Part shown: in pieces, positions 41,157 to 57,424 of the stretch
Layout: every line of letters begins with the position of its first letter
Position numbering within the stretch: the first letter of the stretch is position 1
Source of the DNA: Octopus vulgaris
Taxonomy: Eukaryota
Assembly: GCA_951406725.2 (NCBI GenBank)
Contig: OX597826.1
Location: 30,752,001 to 30,816,000, forward strand
DNA: 64,000 nucleotides
Reading direction: 5' to 3'
Notes under the pieces: model-generated
Database searches by the model: none
Told to the model about the DNA's origin: nothing
The model's input: the letters and a program-made list of their open reading frames with translations, nothing else
Made by a program: the position numbers and the translations under genes

Positions 41157-43188
41157 ACCATCATTATTGATGAAGACAATTATCAATAGTGTTTGATGTT
41201 TGATGCTATCTTGTGGGAAATAACATAATGTAACTCTCTCACCTTTCTATTCGATCTGTACACAGTGACACTGCGGACATGAAAGTCAACTCATATACTA
41301 TTGAGGAACTGTCTGCTCCAATACCTCTTGTCACCCACTAACCTTCGCGGTGGGTTTATCCATCATTATTTCTAACCTATGCGGTGACTCATGTTTATAG
41401 AAATTCTACTTTCATTTTCAAAACGTGTTTCCTCTCTAACAATTGTCACCATCAAATTATTTGATTGTATCCGTTCCACAAGATACCATCAAAATGTATT
41501 GAACAGGTAACCACTTCATCTTATCTTCTGGAATATAAAATCAGAACTTTCTATTCTCTGGTTTATTGATTTGTCAACGTCTGAAAAATTGATGCGAAAA
41601 TGACAAACACGGCTGTTATAGCGCAACACTGCAGTTGTTTGATCTGTTAGAAATAACAACCAAATATTCTTCAAATTAGATCCTATTGTCTTAATAGAAA
41701 GAGGATAATAGATAATGCGCAGAACTGTGATGAAAAGTAATCCAGTCATAACCATCCTGTATAGTTATTTTTTTAGATAAAATGTGTAAAAAACTACATT
41801 ATCCGGTGTATCCTTCTTTTTCTTTTGTGTTATTTAAGAAAACTCTAGCTGCTATTTACAGCATACGAAGTAACCACACAGAGATTCCGTCGTATATTGT
41901 ATCATACAGAGATAATTTGTTTCTCTTCTCGGAATGAGACATCAAACACTACCACCCCCTTTAATTATTGATTTCTTAATATTAATACAATAAGTGCATG
42001 ATCGATGGAAGAGTCTGGACACATCATTTATAAATAGTAGAAAAGAAGGATTCGAACTCATGACGCTAATTTACATAGTTGAGAGCTGAGAGACAAGTAG
42101 CTTCGGCCGAACTCAGATAAGTATATTTTGTGCTTAAGTATATTTTGTGCTTCATAGATACGTCTGTAGCTCCCAGTCAGAATATATTTATATATATTTT
42201 GAATTATAGGCGTATTTCTAGTCGTTTCCACACACCACACACACATGTCCACGTTCGATCTTACGTCTGTTTATACACGGGGGTATAAGATTAACAGATG
42301 ATACTTGTAGCTACAATGAACAAAGTTCATGCCAATACATATGCGTGTATATGCACACACAAGTCACGATGTTACCCAACGTCACAAGTGCATCGACTGT
42401 CTTTATTGCATGTATGGAAATGCCTACAAATTTTTACAACGTCATTTACACTATCAATTAGTTTATTGTTTATATTTTACACGCACAAGTGGTATGTATA
42501 TATTTTGTTCCTATTTATTTACTTATTCATATTTTGAAGTCTGTTATCATTGCTGATGTTGTTATTGTTATTGTTATTGTCGTCGTTGGTATGAATATGG
42601 TTAACAAACAGTCTACTATGATATTACATTTCAAATATTTTTTGAAATTAATATGTGTGTGTGTGTGTGTATGTGTAGATGTGTGTCCATATATAGCATT
42701 TGTACAGATGCTTCAATTGCTTTCCCACCGCGTTCTTTGTCTTTGATGCTTATATAAAACTTCCCAGCGTCATCCAGGCGGCGATGCATCACCCCACCCC
42801 CGTTCTATGTGAACGGTGAACCTGCGAGAAAAAGCAGAAAAACAACAAAGTCTGTATATTCACATCGCTAAAGTCATCGAAAACAGCAACGGCAATCACA
42901 AAGTCAACAGCAATCACCACCACAACAACAACAATATACAGGTAGTATTTATCTTATCGGCTTCATTCTCCGACGTTGTAATAGTGCTGAAACTCGTCAC
43001 TGTAATGAGAGATGCCGTGGAAGGAAATTTCCCGTTCATTTTTGACAAATACACACACACACACACACACATACGCACACACGCACGCACACACACACAC
43101 ACACAAACAAACACACGCACCTATGTATTATGTATGTATGTATGGATGGATGGATGGATGGATGCATGGCTAGAGGTATGTATGTAGA

Positions 43189-43232
<44 letters not shown>

Positions 43233-43260
43233 TAGATAGATAGATAGATAGATAGATAGG

Positions 43261-43371
<111 letters not shown>

Positions 43372-43372
43372 G

Positions 43373-43407
<35 letters not shown>

Positions 43408-44227
43408 GTAGGTAGATAGGTAGATAGATAGATATATTGTGTGTGTGGGAGTGAAAGAAAGAAAGAAAGAAAGAAAAAGAGAAAGAGAGACAGAGAGAGA
43501 AATACAATAAATTCATATGTGTATGTACGTACATACGTATGTCTGTCTGTCTTTCTGTCTATGTATGTATGCATGTATGTATGTATGTATGTATGTATGT
43601 ATGTATGTATGTATGTATGTATGTATGTATGTATGTATGTTTGTATGTATGTATGCATGCATGCATGTATGTATGTATGTATGCATGTATGTATGTATGT
43701 ATGTATGTATGTATGCATGTATGTATGAGTATATATAGATATAAAGCAACGAAGAAACTGTCGGGAGAAGATTCAAGGATTAGCAATAACATTAAGCTGA
43801 CCTTTCGGTGTCAAATGCCATTCCTAGTTTCCGAAAAATTACTACTGTTTTTAGCAAAGCTCCTTTATAATGTCCTTCTGATTTTGATAAGTCTGTGTGT
43901 GAAAGGTCAGCTTATTTTGGGGGCGAATCAGCGATTTTCTGGACCGTGACATGACATCAGATACGATAGTGCTTTCCTCTTCAATAAAATTAGCCTTTGG
44001 TTTTGTTGTTTCGTTCGTCGTTTTTGTGCTTGACGTATGAGGGATGCTAAACGCTGATTGGTTACTGCAGAGTTTAACATTTCTGTGTATGATATATTAA
44101 CCGTAGCTGACAACCTGGGCTTTTAAACGACCATAGACGACCTGAATGGAATGTGAGAACTTTAATAAATGATATTCCGTAAAAAAGCCGTTTTCATATC
44201 GATTAGTCGTGGATCTATAAGTAGACA

Positions 44228-44405
44228 GGCGTAAGCATGGCTGTGTCGTAGTAAGTTTGCATTGTAGTCACATTGTTGCAGGATCAGTCCTATTTCGCGG
44301 CACCTTGGGCAAGAGCCTTCTACTATAGCCTCGGGCCAACCAAAATCCTATGAGTGGATTTCATAGACGGAAACTGTATGGAAACCTGTCATATACGTAC
44401 AAACA

Positions 44406-44441
<36 letters not shown>

Positions 44442-44928
44442 TACATACATACATACATACATACATACATACATACATACATACATACATACATACATAC
44501 ATACATACATACGTATATACATACATGTGTGTGGAGGGAGGTGCGTGTGAGTTTGTTTGTGTTTGTCTCCCAACACCGCTTGACAATACTCTATCCAGAT
44601 TACAAGTTCAGGTTTATACCTGTAATTATTGGGGTCCTGGGATATGTAGCACACTGCATAAATATCAATCTTGAGAAATTAAGTTTCTCAGAACCAGAAA
44701 GAAAAAGGCTAATTCGAAGAATGTAGATCCAATCCATCACTGGAACTGTAAAAATCTGTAAAGCTTTTCAGAAGTTTAGCCTTCGGATATATATATGAGC
44801 GTGTCTAGATATAAGTACCAGGCTTATAAAAAAACCAAGTAGCGGGGTCGATTCGTTCGACTAAAATTCTTCAAGGTTGTGCCCCAGCTTGGCCAAAGCC
44901 TAATGACTCAAAAGTATAAGATAAAAGA
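44228..44928 (+). mobile_element. SINE family A interrupted by an RLE non-LTR 3' fragment (~44585-44810)
   Basis: SINE head 44228-44390 and tail 44812-44928; insert translates ILYPDYKFRFIPVIIGVLG..QSITGTVKICKAF. Confidence 0.75.
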
Positions 44929-45487
44929 TGGTTCTGGGTAACTTTAGCGACCCCATTCTTTTGCAAGCATTGAGGTAAGTTCAGTGGTTCGAGGATCCCT
45001 TCCTCCCTTCAACCCCCTAGTCTCTGGGACTCTAAAAAGTGTCATGGGCTCTCAGCATCCTCGTTTGACAAAGCCATCGGGTAAAAAAAAGAAGAAACTG
45101 GACATCAATTATTTCCTCTAAGTCTCACCATGTAAAGTGAAAAATTTTATCCATTGACGGAACACAATGTCCTATGTTTTGACGGCTGATACTAAAGTAA
45201 TTAATTATATGTTTTATAAGTTCACTTGCATATAAAGGACTATGATATTCAATAGAAAAATAGGAAATCTACTTTGAAGAATGCTAATGTGTCGTGAAAA
45301 GAAATATAAAACGCTTCCATTAATATCTATTCAACTGATAAAACGATCTACCTGAAACGTTTTATAAATTTTCACTTCAATGCCCTCCAACGTTACTTCA
45401 ATTTTTGTTATTTTTATCGAATTGCCTCTTACTAATAAATACCACATCTCGTCTCTTTATATTCTAGAAATAATATTGCACACGCAC

Positions 45488-45806
45488 TGGTACTCCGTCG
45501 GTTACGATGATGAATGATACAGTAGATTCGACCAACGGTACAGCCTGCTCGTGAAAATAACATGCGAGTGGCTGAGGACTCCACAGACACGCGTGACATT
45601 AACGTAATTCTCAGGGAGATTCAGTGTGACACAGAATGTGACAAGGCTGACCTCTTTGAATTACAGGTACAACTCATTTTTGCTGGCTAAGTGGACTGGA
45701 GCAACGTGAAATAAAGTGTCTTGCTCAATGACACAGTACGCCGTCAGTAATCGAACTCATGGTTTTACAATTGTTTGTCGAATGCTCTAACGACTAAGTC
45801 ACGCGC
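45488..45806 (-). mobile_element. SINE family D (CORE-like body) with tail T1
   Basis: Head GCGCGTGACTTAGTCG..GAGTTCGATT, GTGTCATTGAGCAAGACACTTT, then the same tail as family C. Confidence 0.8.
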
Positions 45807-47727
45807 TTGCACTACACACACACACATACACACGCAAATACACACACACACCACATACACACACACACACACGCACATACACACACCACACCACACCACA
45901 CACACGCACACACGCACATACACACACACACCACACACATACACCACACATACACCACACTCACACCACACACAAACACCACCCACACACACAAATGCAC
46001 GCACGCGCGCGCGCACAGATATACATAGATATGTAAGTATATATGTGTGTGTATGCGTGCGTGCATATTTGTGTGTGTGTGTATCTACTAAAGTGGGAAA
46101 TGAAACATTTTTTCTTCTCATTTAAATTATCGTCTGCTTTAATCATTTCCTAAGACGATGACATATATGTCTCTTTACAAGTTATTTATACTTATCAAGC
46201 AAAGCACCATGTCAAGCAAATGAAAGATTTTTATCTGTGAAACATTGAGGGGTTTCTTACTTGTTGAAATGAACTAAACCTTATCTTACATCCGTAAAAT
46301 TTCTCAAACTAAATAACAAATGATTTGACCCGACTGTTCTCCAAGATAATGTTGAGGAGTAGTTTACCAGCGCAGAGATAAATGGACAATAGAAATATTT
46401 ACTGCTATATTATGTTTATCAAATTCTAGATATGTTTGTTCTTGTTATTTTTGCAACGTTTGTTCTTTTTGTTATTGTTATTCGTGGGTTTAAAGAAATG
46501 ATACAGTATAACTAAGATTAAGGTGAACGATGTTATTTGTCAGATAATCGTGGAACAGATGACAACTTTTCTTTATCTTTTAAAATGTCTCCCTTACATC
46601 CGGAATAGATTTCCTTTTTTATCTCCTTCATTTTTGCTTCAAACGCTTTTGATTTCGTGTCCGTTTCTTCCTCAGCACTCATATATATTGTTCCGTTACC
46701 GCGTTTAGTACTACCTGTCCAATACAGTATGGCGACGCAACCTGCTTGATACAGCAGCCAACTTTCATCCCAGGTTATACCCTACCGCGACTCTTTAGAT
46801 AATGTGATCCAAGTTCACATTACCTTCTGGGTAAAAGATGGATGGTCACACTTAAAAACGTTTTCAATATCAAAATAGATCTTTAAAATAGATTATTGTA
46901 TTTTCTGACATGAAAGACGCTACATTGTAAAAAACGTATCCTGATTTTGGAAATATAACTCTAAGAAAAAAAATTCTGAATATTTACCAAAGACTAGTCC
47001 TCATGATTGGGCAGTATCTGACATGCACCAGTTATTGACAAGATTGGCGAGCAAACCTGTAGGGTGTTTATGTCAACCTTTGTTGAGCGAAATTACAAGG
47101 ACAGTGGCCACCCATCTAATTGTTTGCTGCGAGGAATTTTTGTAGTACATAACGCTATGTTCTTTGATTTAACTCTCCTGCGAAATTTCATGCGGTACAC
47201 CATGGTGATCGTACCAGGCCCACCACTACTGACGATGACGAGCTACGAGCTTACCGACGCCCAGCTACAACTGCCGCCAACCAACACGCTGATTTCAGAA
47301 ATTCACAGCAACTACTACTCAACTGGCATCGAAAAAAACGCATGGTAATTTTCAAGATATTTTTTCACATTAAAAAAAGTGCGTTTTCTATACTGCAAAA
47401 TACGGTTATTCTAAATACTTATGAATTATCTCCCTCGACTATTCTTTAAATTATCTCCCCTTTTTGTGATAGGTCTCTACAGACACACTCGTTGATTAGA
47501 GAGTACTCCTCCCATCGTCTGCATTGTTTGACATCGGCCCCTTTGGGTTCCATTTTCAGCTAAGCAATACTCGTATTTACAAGAGTTAAGTTAAGCCTTT
47601 CATAGAGACAAATAGGAATAAATGGAGATGGAATATGAAACACTAAGCATTCGGTTTGGCAGACAGGATATATGCTATAAAATAAACCGGAAACACAGAA
47701 CAGAATATATTGGAAAAATGAGAAAAG

Positions 47728-47763
<36 letters not shown>

Positions 47764-47787
47764 GTGTGTGTGTGTGTGTGTGTGTAT

Positions 47788-47850
<63 letters not shown>

Positions 47851-47853
<3 letters not shown>

Positions 47854-48700
47854 GGGGCGATGGGTAAATTGTCACCATTTAAAATTTTTAATTTTGTGCA
47901 TGCAAATTGTTTGATTTTGATTTTGTCGACTACGCAGTATAGTAGGGTCAGTTGAGCACCATCTGTAAGAAAAACAGCACCATGGCCTAATTGACTCTGC
48001 CAGAAATTTGGAAACGAGATGTTGTACTGATTGAAATTCGTGTCGGAAGCTCCTGCACGAACATTTCAGAGTGTTTGAGTGTCAATATCAGGACAGAGCA
48101 ATCTGAGGTCATGTACTCAGAATGATACAAATCAAGCATCCAGTCAACATCATGGTGTTTGGAGTGGCCACCAGTGATGGCGACGTTATGCCTCAATTCA
48201 TCTTCCCACACGGCCACAGACTCTCAACACAGAAGCCTACATCAAGTGTCTGAAGGAGGTAGTGCTGCCTTGGGTGAAGAGGGTGGCTGCTGAAATACCC
48301 TATGTCTGGTAACATGATGCTGCACCATGCTGCACATGCAGGAGAATCCAGTCATGGTTGTCAGACAATTTCTGCGACCAGATCACCCCTATCATCAGGC
48401 CATCTATAACTCCCCAGAATGCAACCCCTTGTTTATTATGTATGGGGCGCAGTTGAGTGAGAGTCCAACAAAACTCTTTGTAGCATCAGAGATGGACTGA
48501 AGACAAGGATTATGGTTGCATTCACGAACTTAAAGAAGGAGAGTTGCAGGAAGCCAAAGGCGATTTTATTAAATAAATTTACTCTTTAGGATTTCAAGAT
48601 ATTGTTCATGTAATTTCGGGAAATATATCTGTTGAAATGAAATGTCAGTCTTACTTTCATTTTTGAGTAATTTAGACGACAGTTTATTCACCGCACCCTG
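47851..48700 (+). mobile_element. Tc1/mariner superfamily (maT/DD37D-like) transposon, deleted and decayed
   Basis: Degenerate TIRs; remnants KHPVNIMVFGV, AYIKCLKEVVLPW, HDAAP, NSPECNP, YYVWGAVE. Confidence 0.85.
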
Positions 48701-48736
48701 CGTGTATATATATACATATATATATATACACGTGTG

Positions 48737-48790
<54 letters not shown>

Positions 48791-50620
48791 CGTATGTTAA
48801 TTATTGATTTTATGATTTTATTTATTCCTTTTTAAATTTTTTCTTGGTCGAGCATAAAAATATGTTTACATAGCTTGAACACTGTTTTGTGAAGTTGTCC
48901 AAACGAACATAAAAAGATAGAAAATAAACTCACCCAGTGGGCTACCATATTTTTATTCTTTTCCAGTTCACTATGATCATACATACATACACATAAACAC
49001 ACATCTATATATCTTTTCATGTGCACTTTTGGTATCCCCTCCAAACAGTATCTATAAGGTATAATCATACGAACTAACGTTAGTTCTAAAGTCTTGAAGG
49101 TCAGTAAATAATAATAATCCATTGTGAAATAGACATACGGCGTAAGTGGGTTTGTATCTGTCTGAAAATGATGATGGCGTGAAATAAATTCTAACTTTGG
49201 TACGAAGTTTTGAGAAAATAATAAAGTCGATATAATCGATACGTTCAGATTCACGATTTGACTGGAATCTATGTTTCAATATTTATTTACACCACATGTT
49301 TACTCTGTATACATCATCAATTTGTATGACCGAAAATGCGGTATATATCTCAATACGTTTTATCAACGACCAAGAAAACATAAATATCTTGTTTTCAAGC
49401 TTGTGGAGGATATCATTAATATCAATTCCATTTATAGACCGACAGTTTCTCGAAGAAACTTTATAGCCAATGGCAGCGTATGTTTTATTCTCGTTTTACT
49501 ATTTTTTTCTACCAATAGCAATATACTTAAGTTACGGATTGTAATGACTACGCGCTGCAGGTGCATCGTTGCCCTAAAGAGAAAGTGTGGTGATAATGCA
49601 ATATACATGCCAGATGTAATATTAGTAGATTTATAAGGTTTGTGTTTATGCTGAAAGCTATTTGCAAATTATATGTGTTATATACGTAGAGTGGGGTTAC
49701 TTTTTTTGTGGTGATGGCCGTGGTGGTGATGGTGATGGTGGAGGCGGCGGAAGAAGAAGAAGAAGAAGAAGAAGAAGAAGAAGAAGAAGAAGAAGAAGAA
49801 CAACAACAACAACAACAACAACAACAAACTAAGGTTTTAAGACGAGTGAATGGTGGGGGTGAGAAAGAAAGGGAATAAAGAAAGAAGAAAAGAGGCAGAG
49901 ATGACGGGGGAGGGAGGAGAAAAGTGAAGTGAGAGGAGTGATAAAGATTGAAGGTGACTAAGAGGAAATGAATAATAGAAGAACGTGTAATTGAGGTGTC
50001 ATGAAAGAAAAGAAAACGAGAAAGGAGAGAGAGAGGGAGAGAGAGAGAGAGAGGAAGAGAGAGAGAGGGGAGAGAGAGAGGAAGAGAGAGAGAGGGAGAG
50101 AGAGAGTGTGTGTGTGTATGTGTATTGGGGGTGTGTGTACATGTGTATAATGGTACATCATACTCTGTGTGTATGTGTGTTTATGATTGTATGTGCATGT
50201 GTGCAATGGTGTGTATGTATGTGTGTGTTATTGTATGTGCGCGCATGTGCGTGCATCTGGAGGTGAGTGAGTGTGAGTGTGTGTATGTATGTATGTGTGT
50301 ATGTATGTGGTGTATAATAGTGAGTGTGTATGTTTATATGATATTATGTGTGTATGTGGGTCTATGATTGGTACGTGTGTGTTTGTGGAAAATAATGACA
50401 GAGATGAATGTGTGTAAATGTCAGTATGTATATGATGATAAGTGTGTGTATGTATATATGCATGTATGTATGTATGCATGCATGTATGTATGTATGTATG
50501 TATGTATGTATGTATGTATGTATGTATGTATGTATGTATGTATGCATGCATGCATGTATGCATGTATGAATGTATGTATGTATGTATGTATGTATGTATG
50601 CATGTATGTGTGTATGTATG

Positions 50621-50652
<32 letters not shown>

Positions 50653-50720
50653 CATGCATGCAAGTATGTATGCATGTATGAATGTATGTATGTATGTATG
50701 CATGTATGTGTGTATGTATG

Positions 50721-50754
<34 letters not shown>

Positions 50755-51398
50755 TGCATGCATGTATGCATGCATGTATGTATGTATGTATGTATGTATG
50801 TATGTATGTATGTATGTATGCATGAATGTATGTATGTATGTATGTATGTATGTATGTATGTATGTATGTATGTATGCATGAATGTATGTATGATGGCTTA
50901 CATTGTATAAAAAAGAATGAGAATGAAAGGCGGAGGGAATGTGTATTTATGTGAGATTTATAGTGTGTGGGGGGGGTGAAAAAGAGTGCTAAAAAGTGTG
51001 GAACATGTAGAGGAGGAAGCAAGAAAAAAAAAAGAAGGAAATGCGAACGGCAGAGAGGAGACAAAGCGAGACAGACAAGAAGAGAGACAGGTAGACAGAG
51101 ATAGGGAGGGAGACAGAGGCAAAGAAAGCGATATACGGATAGACAGTAGAGAGACAAAGAAAAAGAGAGGAGAGACAGGAAGAGTAATCACTAATGAGAC
51201 AGACATAGAGACAGTATAAAAAAATTAAATAGCTGCAAAGAGCAGTTAAGAAGTTCTTACACAGGAGTCTGCTTTGAGTTTGAGAAAGTTCTAGAGAATA
51301 GATCTGGTGTTAGAATTGGTAAAAACTAAAGAAAGATCTATAGAGAATTGGAAGAAATAAAAGACAAAGAAGAAAGGTTAGAGGAAACAGACGAATGG

Positions 51399-51453
<55 letters not shown>

Positions 51454-51454
51454 C

Positions 51455-51527
<73 letters not shown>

Positions 51528-51532
51528 CAGCA

Positions 51533-51564
<32 letters not shown>

Positions 51565-51565
51565 C

Positions 51566-51596
<31 letters not shown>

Positions 51597-51684
51597 AAAA
51601 AGAAAGAAAGGAAAAAGAAGAAAGACAGAAAGAAGAAAAAAAGAAAAAAGAAAGACAAAGAAAGAAGAAAGAAAGAAAGAATGA

Positions 51685-51740
<56 letters not shown>

Positions 51741-52391
51741 GAGTGAGGGAGAGAAAAGGAATACGAAAAGGTGAAGAAAGATAGTCGCACACAATTGTGC
51801 CGTTTGAAAGGCTCTGGGCAAATGTATTTCACACCAAACGCTGGTTGATTAATAAGTGGAAAATGATAGACAACCTATGTACGATGTATGTATGTATGCA
51901 TGTATGTATGCATGTATGTATGTATGTATGTATGTATGTATGTATGTATGTATGTATGTATGTATGTGTGTATGTATGTATGTATGTATGTATGTATGTG
52001 TGTGTATGTATGTATGTATGTATGTATGTATGTGTGTATGTATGTATGTATGTATGTATGTATGTATGTATGTGTGTGTGTATGTATGTATGTGTGTATG
52101 TATGTATGTATGTATGTATGTATGTATGTACGTATGTATGTATGTTTGTATGTATGTATGTACATACGTATACATGCATGCTTGTATGTGTGTGAATGTA
52201 TATGTGTGTATATGTATGTATGTGTATATGTGTAAGTGTGTGTATGTACATGTGTATGTGTGTATGTGTATATATGTATATGTGCGTATGTACGTATACT
52301 TGTGTAAGAATGTATATATATATGTATGTACGTACATATTTATGTACGTACATATTTATGTACATATGTATATATGTATATATACATACAT

Positions 52392-52442
<51 letters not shown>

Positions 52443-52770
52443 TTTTACCTCCCTGCAAAAAGATCTCAAATTTTATTTGATTTGCTTTTTCGGAGGAAGG
52501 AAAGTTTCTATCGAAGATGCGTATCGCCTTCGAAAACGCAGAGTAGATGAACCCATGGCGACTGAAGAAGGGGAATTTTCCTTGTGTTATTTGTCCTGTA
52601 CTCTATTTTTTTGTTGTTTAAGAAAAATGTTCAGTTCCTTGGTTTTGTGTTTATGTTTCCGTTTCTCATTGTGTGTCGACGTTTTTTTGGTGTCCTGTAC
52701 CCATATATGCGTGTATATATACATGTAGAGGTAGGTACGTACATATATGTATATATGCATATGTTTTATT

Positions 52771-52822
<52 letters not shown>

Positions 52823-52879
52823 ACGTTCATATTTATGTACATATGTGTATATGTATATATACGTATCTATATATTTATG

Positions 52880-53089
52880 TGTTGTGCGAGTGTACGACAC
52901 CCACTGGCGAGAATGGACTGGACCACTACATATAAATAGCAGCGGTCTAAGTAAGTGAGGTGGAGTTAGCGTATTGGATTGTTGGTTCTTAAAAGATTGT
53001 TGTTACGTTCCGTATGGTAAATGCCGTTTGCTTCGATAGATTGTTATTACACTGTTGCAGTGTATTCGTTTATCCATACAGATATAACA
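52880..53089 (+). mobile_element. Possible solo LTR
   Basis: TGTT..AACA termini and internal ATATAAATA; no clean TSD. Confidence 0.3.
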
Positions 53090-53119
53090 CTATATATATA
53101 TATATATATATATATAGCA

Positions 53120-53452
53120 TGGCACTCCGTCGGTTACGACGATGAGGGTTCCAGTTGATCCGATCAACAGAACAGGCTCCTCGTGAAATTAACGTGCGAG
53201 TGGCTGAGCACTCCACACAGACACGTGTACCCTTAACGTAGTTCTCGGGGAGATTCAGCGTGACACAGAGTGTGACAAGGCTAGCCCTTTGAAATACAGG
53301 TACAACAGAAACAGGAAGAAAGAATGAGAGAAAGTTGTAGTGAAAGAGTACAGCAGGGTTCACCACCACTCATGGAGATTTGGGTATTTTCGCTCAACAA
53401 ACACTCACATCGCCCGGACTGGGAATCGAAACCGCGAGTCCGCTGCACCTCC
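53120..53452 (-). mobile_element. SINE family C with tail T1, head deletions
   Basis: Aligns to 4231-4578. Confidence 0.85.
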
Positions 53453-54101
53453 AAACACACACACACACGTAAATATATATATATGAGTGTATGTATATAT
53501 GTGTGTGTCTAAATATCTATACATGTATACATAAATGTGCGTGTATCTTTATATATATATATATATATATATACATATTAGTATACATACATAAACACAC
53601 ACATGTGCATGTGCGTCTAATTGATCTCAGACTGTTTCCATCGACCACAAAACATTACCGGTTGGACAAATAGCTATCGATAAAATCAGCGTACCAGGTT
53701 GTATCATATAAATACAAGCGGTAGTGATAATGGGGTAACGATAAGATCATGCAAGGCCTTTTACGTTAAAGGTGGGTCGATACCCCAGCATGGACGCATT
53801 ACCATCACTGGAACCAACTACAAGCTGAAAGCATAGAGAAAAACGGCCAAAAAAAAATGAAGTGAAACAAAAAGGAACGAAAGTAAATAAGTTGCTAAGA
53901 GGCGTGAAATTTTTTCACCATCATACACTTCATCCTTTAAAATCATTTTGTTTTTACCTTAGCATAATATAGGGAGACCTAACACATCAAGATATGTGTG
54001 TGTGTATGTGTGTGTACCTCTAGATATGTATGAATATAAATGTATTAATATATTTGATAATATGTATATACATACGTTTATACATATATATATAAATGTA
54101 T

Positions 54102-54134
<33 letters not shown>

Positions 54135-54226
54135 TACATATATATATATACAAATGCAAAGCTAGATAGATAGATACATACATACATACATGCATACATA
54201 AATATATATCTATGGCTATATGTATG

Positions 54227-54282
<56 letters not shown>

Positions 54283-54681
54283 TATACGTGTCTGTGTGCG
54301 TGTATGTATGCATGTATTTATGTATGTATGTATGTATGTATGTATGTATGTATGTATGTATGTATGTATGTATGTATGTATGTATGTATGTATGTATTAG
54401 AATATCAACATGTAGTATAAAAAATATCAAATATGAGAATATTGACATATCGCACACAATACAGACATATGTACGTACACACACCTATTTGAAGAAGTAT
54501 ATGTATTCACAATTGTTTGATAGTATGTTGGGTAACAAATAAGTGTCTATGTATGTATGTAGGTAAGTAGGTATATGCATGTGCTTATGGGTGTATATGC
54601 TTATGAGTATATATATAATATAGATATATATGTATATATATATACGTGTATATATATGTATTTATGTGCAAATATATATGC

Positions 54682-54732
<51 letters not shown>

Positions 54733-54749
54733 CCGCATGTATGTATGTA

Positions 54750-54808
<59 letters not shown>

Positions 54809-55031
54809 TCATGCTTTGTCACTCTGAATTTGTGATCAATTAAAGTGAAAATATATTTTCCTCTCATCTCTTTGATCTGTGTCTATTCTCTTGGTGAATT
54901 CTTGCCTGACTGCGTGAGATTGTAAATATAGCAACAACAGCAACAACAACAAGCGGCAGTAGCAGTAGCAACAGCAGCGGCAATAGCACCACGACCACTA
55001 CCAATATTATTATTATTATTGTTATTATTAT

Positions 55032-55098
<67 letters not shown>

Positions 55099-55285
55099 TG
55101 TGGTGGTGGTGCTGGTGCTGGTGGTGCTGGTGCTGGTGCTGGTGGTAGATGTTGTTTCTGTTGCTGATGTTGGTTCTGTTCTTATTGATATTCAAAAATG
55201 TCCAACTTCTTGAAACACGTCAGAATAGATTCTAACGAAGAGGCATAACAGCTGCTATCAGGGTTTTACTAGTGTATATTCGACC

Positions 55286-55345
<60 letters not shown>

Positions 55346-56222
55346 TGAAACAGAGGGGTTTATCATAGCAGCTCAAGATCAATGCCTACCAACAAGAAAC
55401 TACCAGGCCAACATATTAAAGATCAGAAGCAGTCCAACGTGTCGTGTATGCAAGCAACAAAATGAAACCATTGACCATGTGGTCTCCAAGTGCAGTCTTC
55501 TAGCGCCTACAGAGTATCTCAACAGGCACGATAGAGCTGCACAATATATTCACTGGGTAATCTGTAAAAACCTGGATTTGCCCCATGAAAAAAACTGGTG
55601 GGAACACAAACCACCCCCAGTGCTTGAAAATGACCACATCTCACTCCTCTGGAACTTCACCATTCAAACTGACAGGAAGATAGATGCAAATAGGCCAGAC
55701 ATCATATTGAAAGACTTCAAACAAAGAACATGCCTCCTCATTGATATGACTGTCCCAATCGATATAAACGTATCTGTCAGGACCTACCAAAAACTGAGCA
55801 AATATAAAGATCTTGAAATAGAAATCAGCAAAATGTGGAAGCTGAAGACTAAAACAATACCTGTTGTCATAGGTGCCCTGGGAATGATAGCAAAAGGGGC
55901 TGATAGCTACCTAACTCAGATACCAGGAAACCCAAAAATGGCAGAAGTTCAAAAGATAGTGCTCATGGGAACTGCTCATATCCTACGCAAAATACTCTCT
56001 ATGTAACCTCAAGGTTTAAAACAACCATAATTTTCGGTTTAAAAAAAAAAAAAAAAAAAAAACTTTTTTTTTTAGACATTCATTAGTACAACATCCCCAC
56101 CCCCAAATATATGGCACACTAGGCATAACAACAACATGAACTTCCAACCCTGTTGTCTCTTGAGGTCTCTGGGTGAGACTTGGAGCCAACTTGTACAAAT
56201 ATAAAGCAAAAGTCAAACATAG
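55346..56222 (+). mobile_element. R4/Dong-type 3' fragment 1 (open frame 55347-56006)
   Basis: ETEGFIIAAQDQ, CRVC..HVVSKC, RHD, RPDIIL, LIDM, KLSKYKDL; (AAT)n flanks. Confidence 0.92.
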
Positions 56223-56289
56223 AATAATAATAATAATAATAATAACAATAATAATAACAATAATAATAATAAATAGTTGTAACAAATAA

Positions 56290-57052
56290 TAGTAGTGAGA
56301 CATGGTTATGGTTGCAGAAAGGAAGGCTGAAAAGGAGACAGAAAGTTTGTTAGTAGCAGAATAAGATCAAGCATTAAAGACTAATTGGATAAAAGCCAGA
56401 TAGACAAAAACCAAGTAGATTCCCAATATAGATTATGCAAATCAAAAGAGAAAAGTGTTACTCATAAAGTAAGTGAATGTAGCATGCTGATAGAGAAAGA
56501 ATACAAGAAAGGACATGACGACCTACGGAGAGTAATCCACTGAGAATTATGTAGAAAGCTAGGATTAGACTATACTGATAAATGGTATGAACATGAACCT
56601 GGTAAAGTACTAGAAAGTAAGAAATCTAAGATGTTGTAGGACTTTAACATTCAGACTGGCAGAGTAACAGACGTTAGAAGGCCTGATTTAGTAGTAGTAT
56701 ATAAAGAGAATAGAAAGTGCCAGATAATTGACTTTACAGTCCCAAATGATGAAAAAAATTAATATGAGACGTATAGAAAACATAGCAAAGTATGGGACCT
56801 AGCAATTGAATTACAGAGACTAAGGAAAGTGCGGGTAAAATGAATCCCAGTAGTTATTTGTGCATTGGAAACCATCCCTAAATATTTGAACAGATGGATA
56901 GAGGAAATAGGCATAAAACCCAGTTCTGTACAGCTTCAGAAAACAGTGTTATTATGGACAGCTAGGACACTTAGGAGGGCTCTTGGAATCTCAGGTTACT
57001 TGTAGCCCGATATTAAGAATTTTTCTTTTCCAACAGTCTAATGTGCTGTGTA
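56290..57052 (+). mobile_element. R4/Dong-type 3' fragment 2, decayed
   Basis: TWLWLQKG..DQALKTNWIK..RRPDLVV..LQKTVLLWTARTLRRAL with stops. Confidence 0.85.
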
Positions 57053-57080
57053 TAATAATAATAACAACAACAACAATAAC

Positions 57081-57424
<344 letters not shown>

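Noticed and set aside
39560-41760. Faint RTE-like LINE remnants (~39560-39630 plus; ~41300-41750 minus)
   Set aside because: Only fragmentary peptide resemblance; too decayed to call without a profile search
52560-52590. CTGAAGA followed by a hairpin
   Set aside because: No GAAA or cleavage triplet follows
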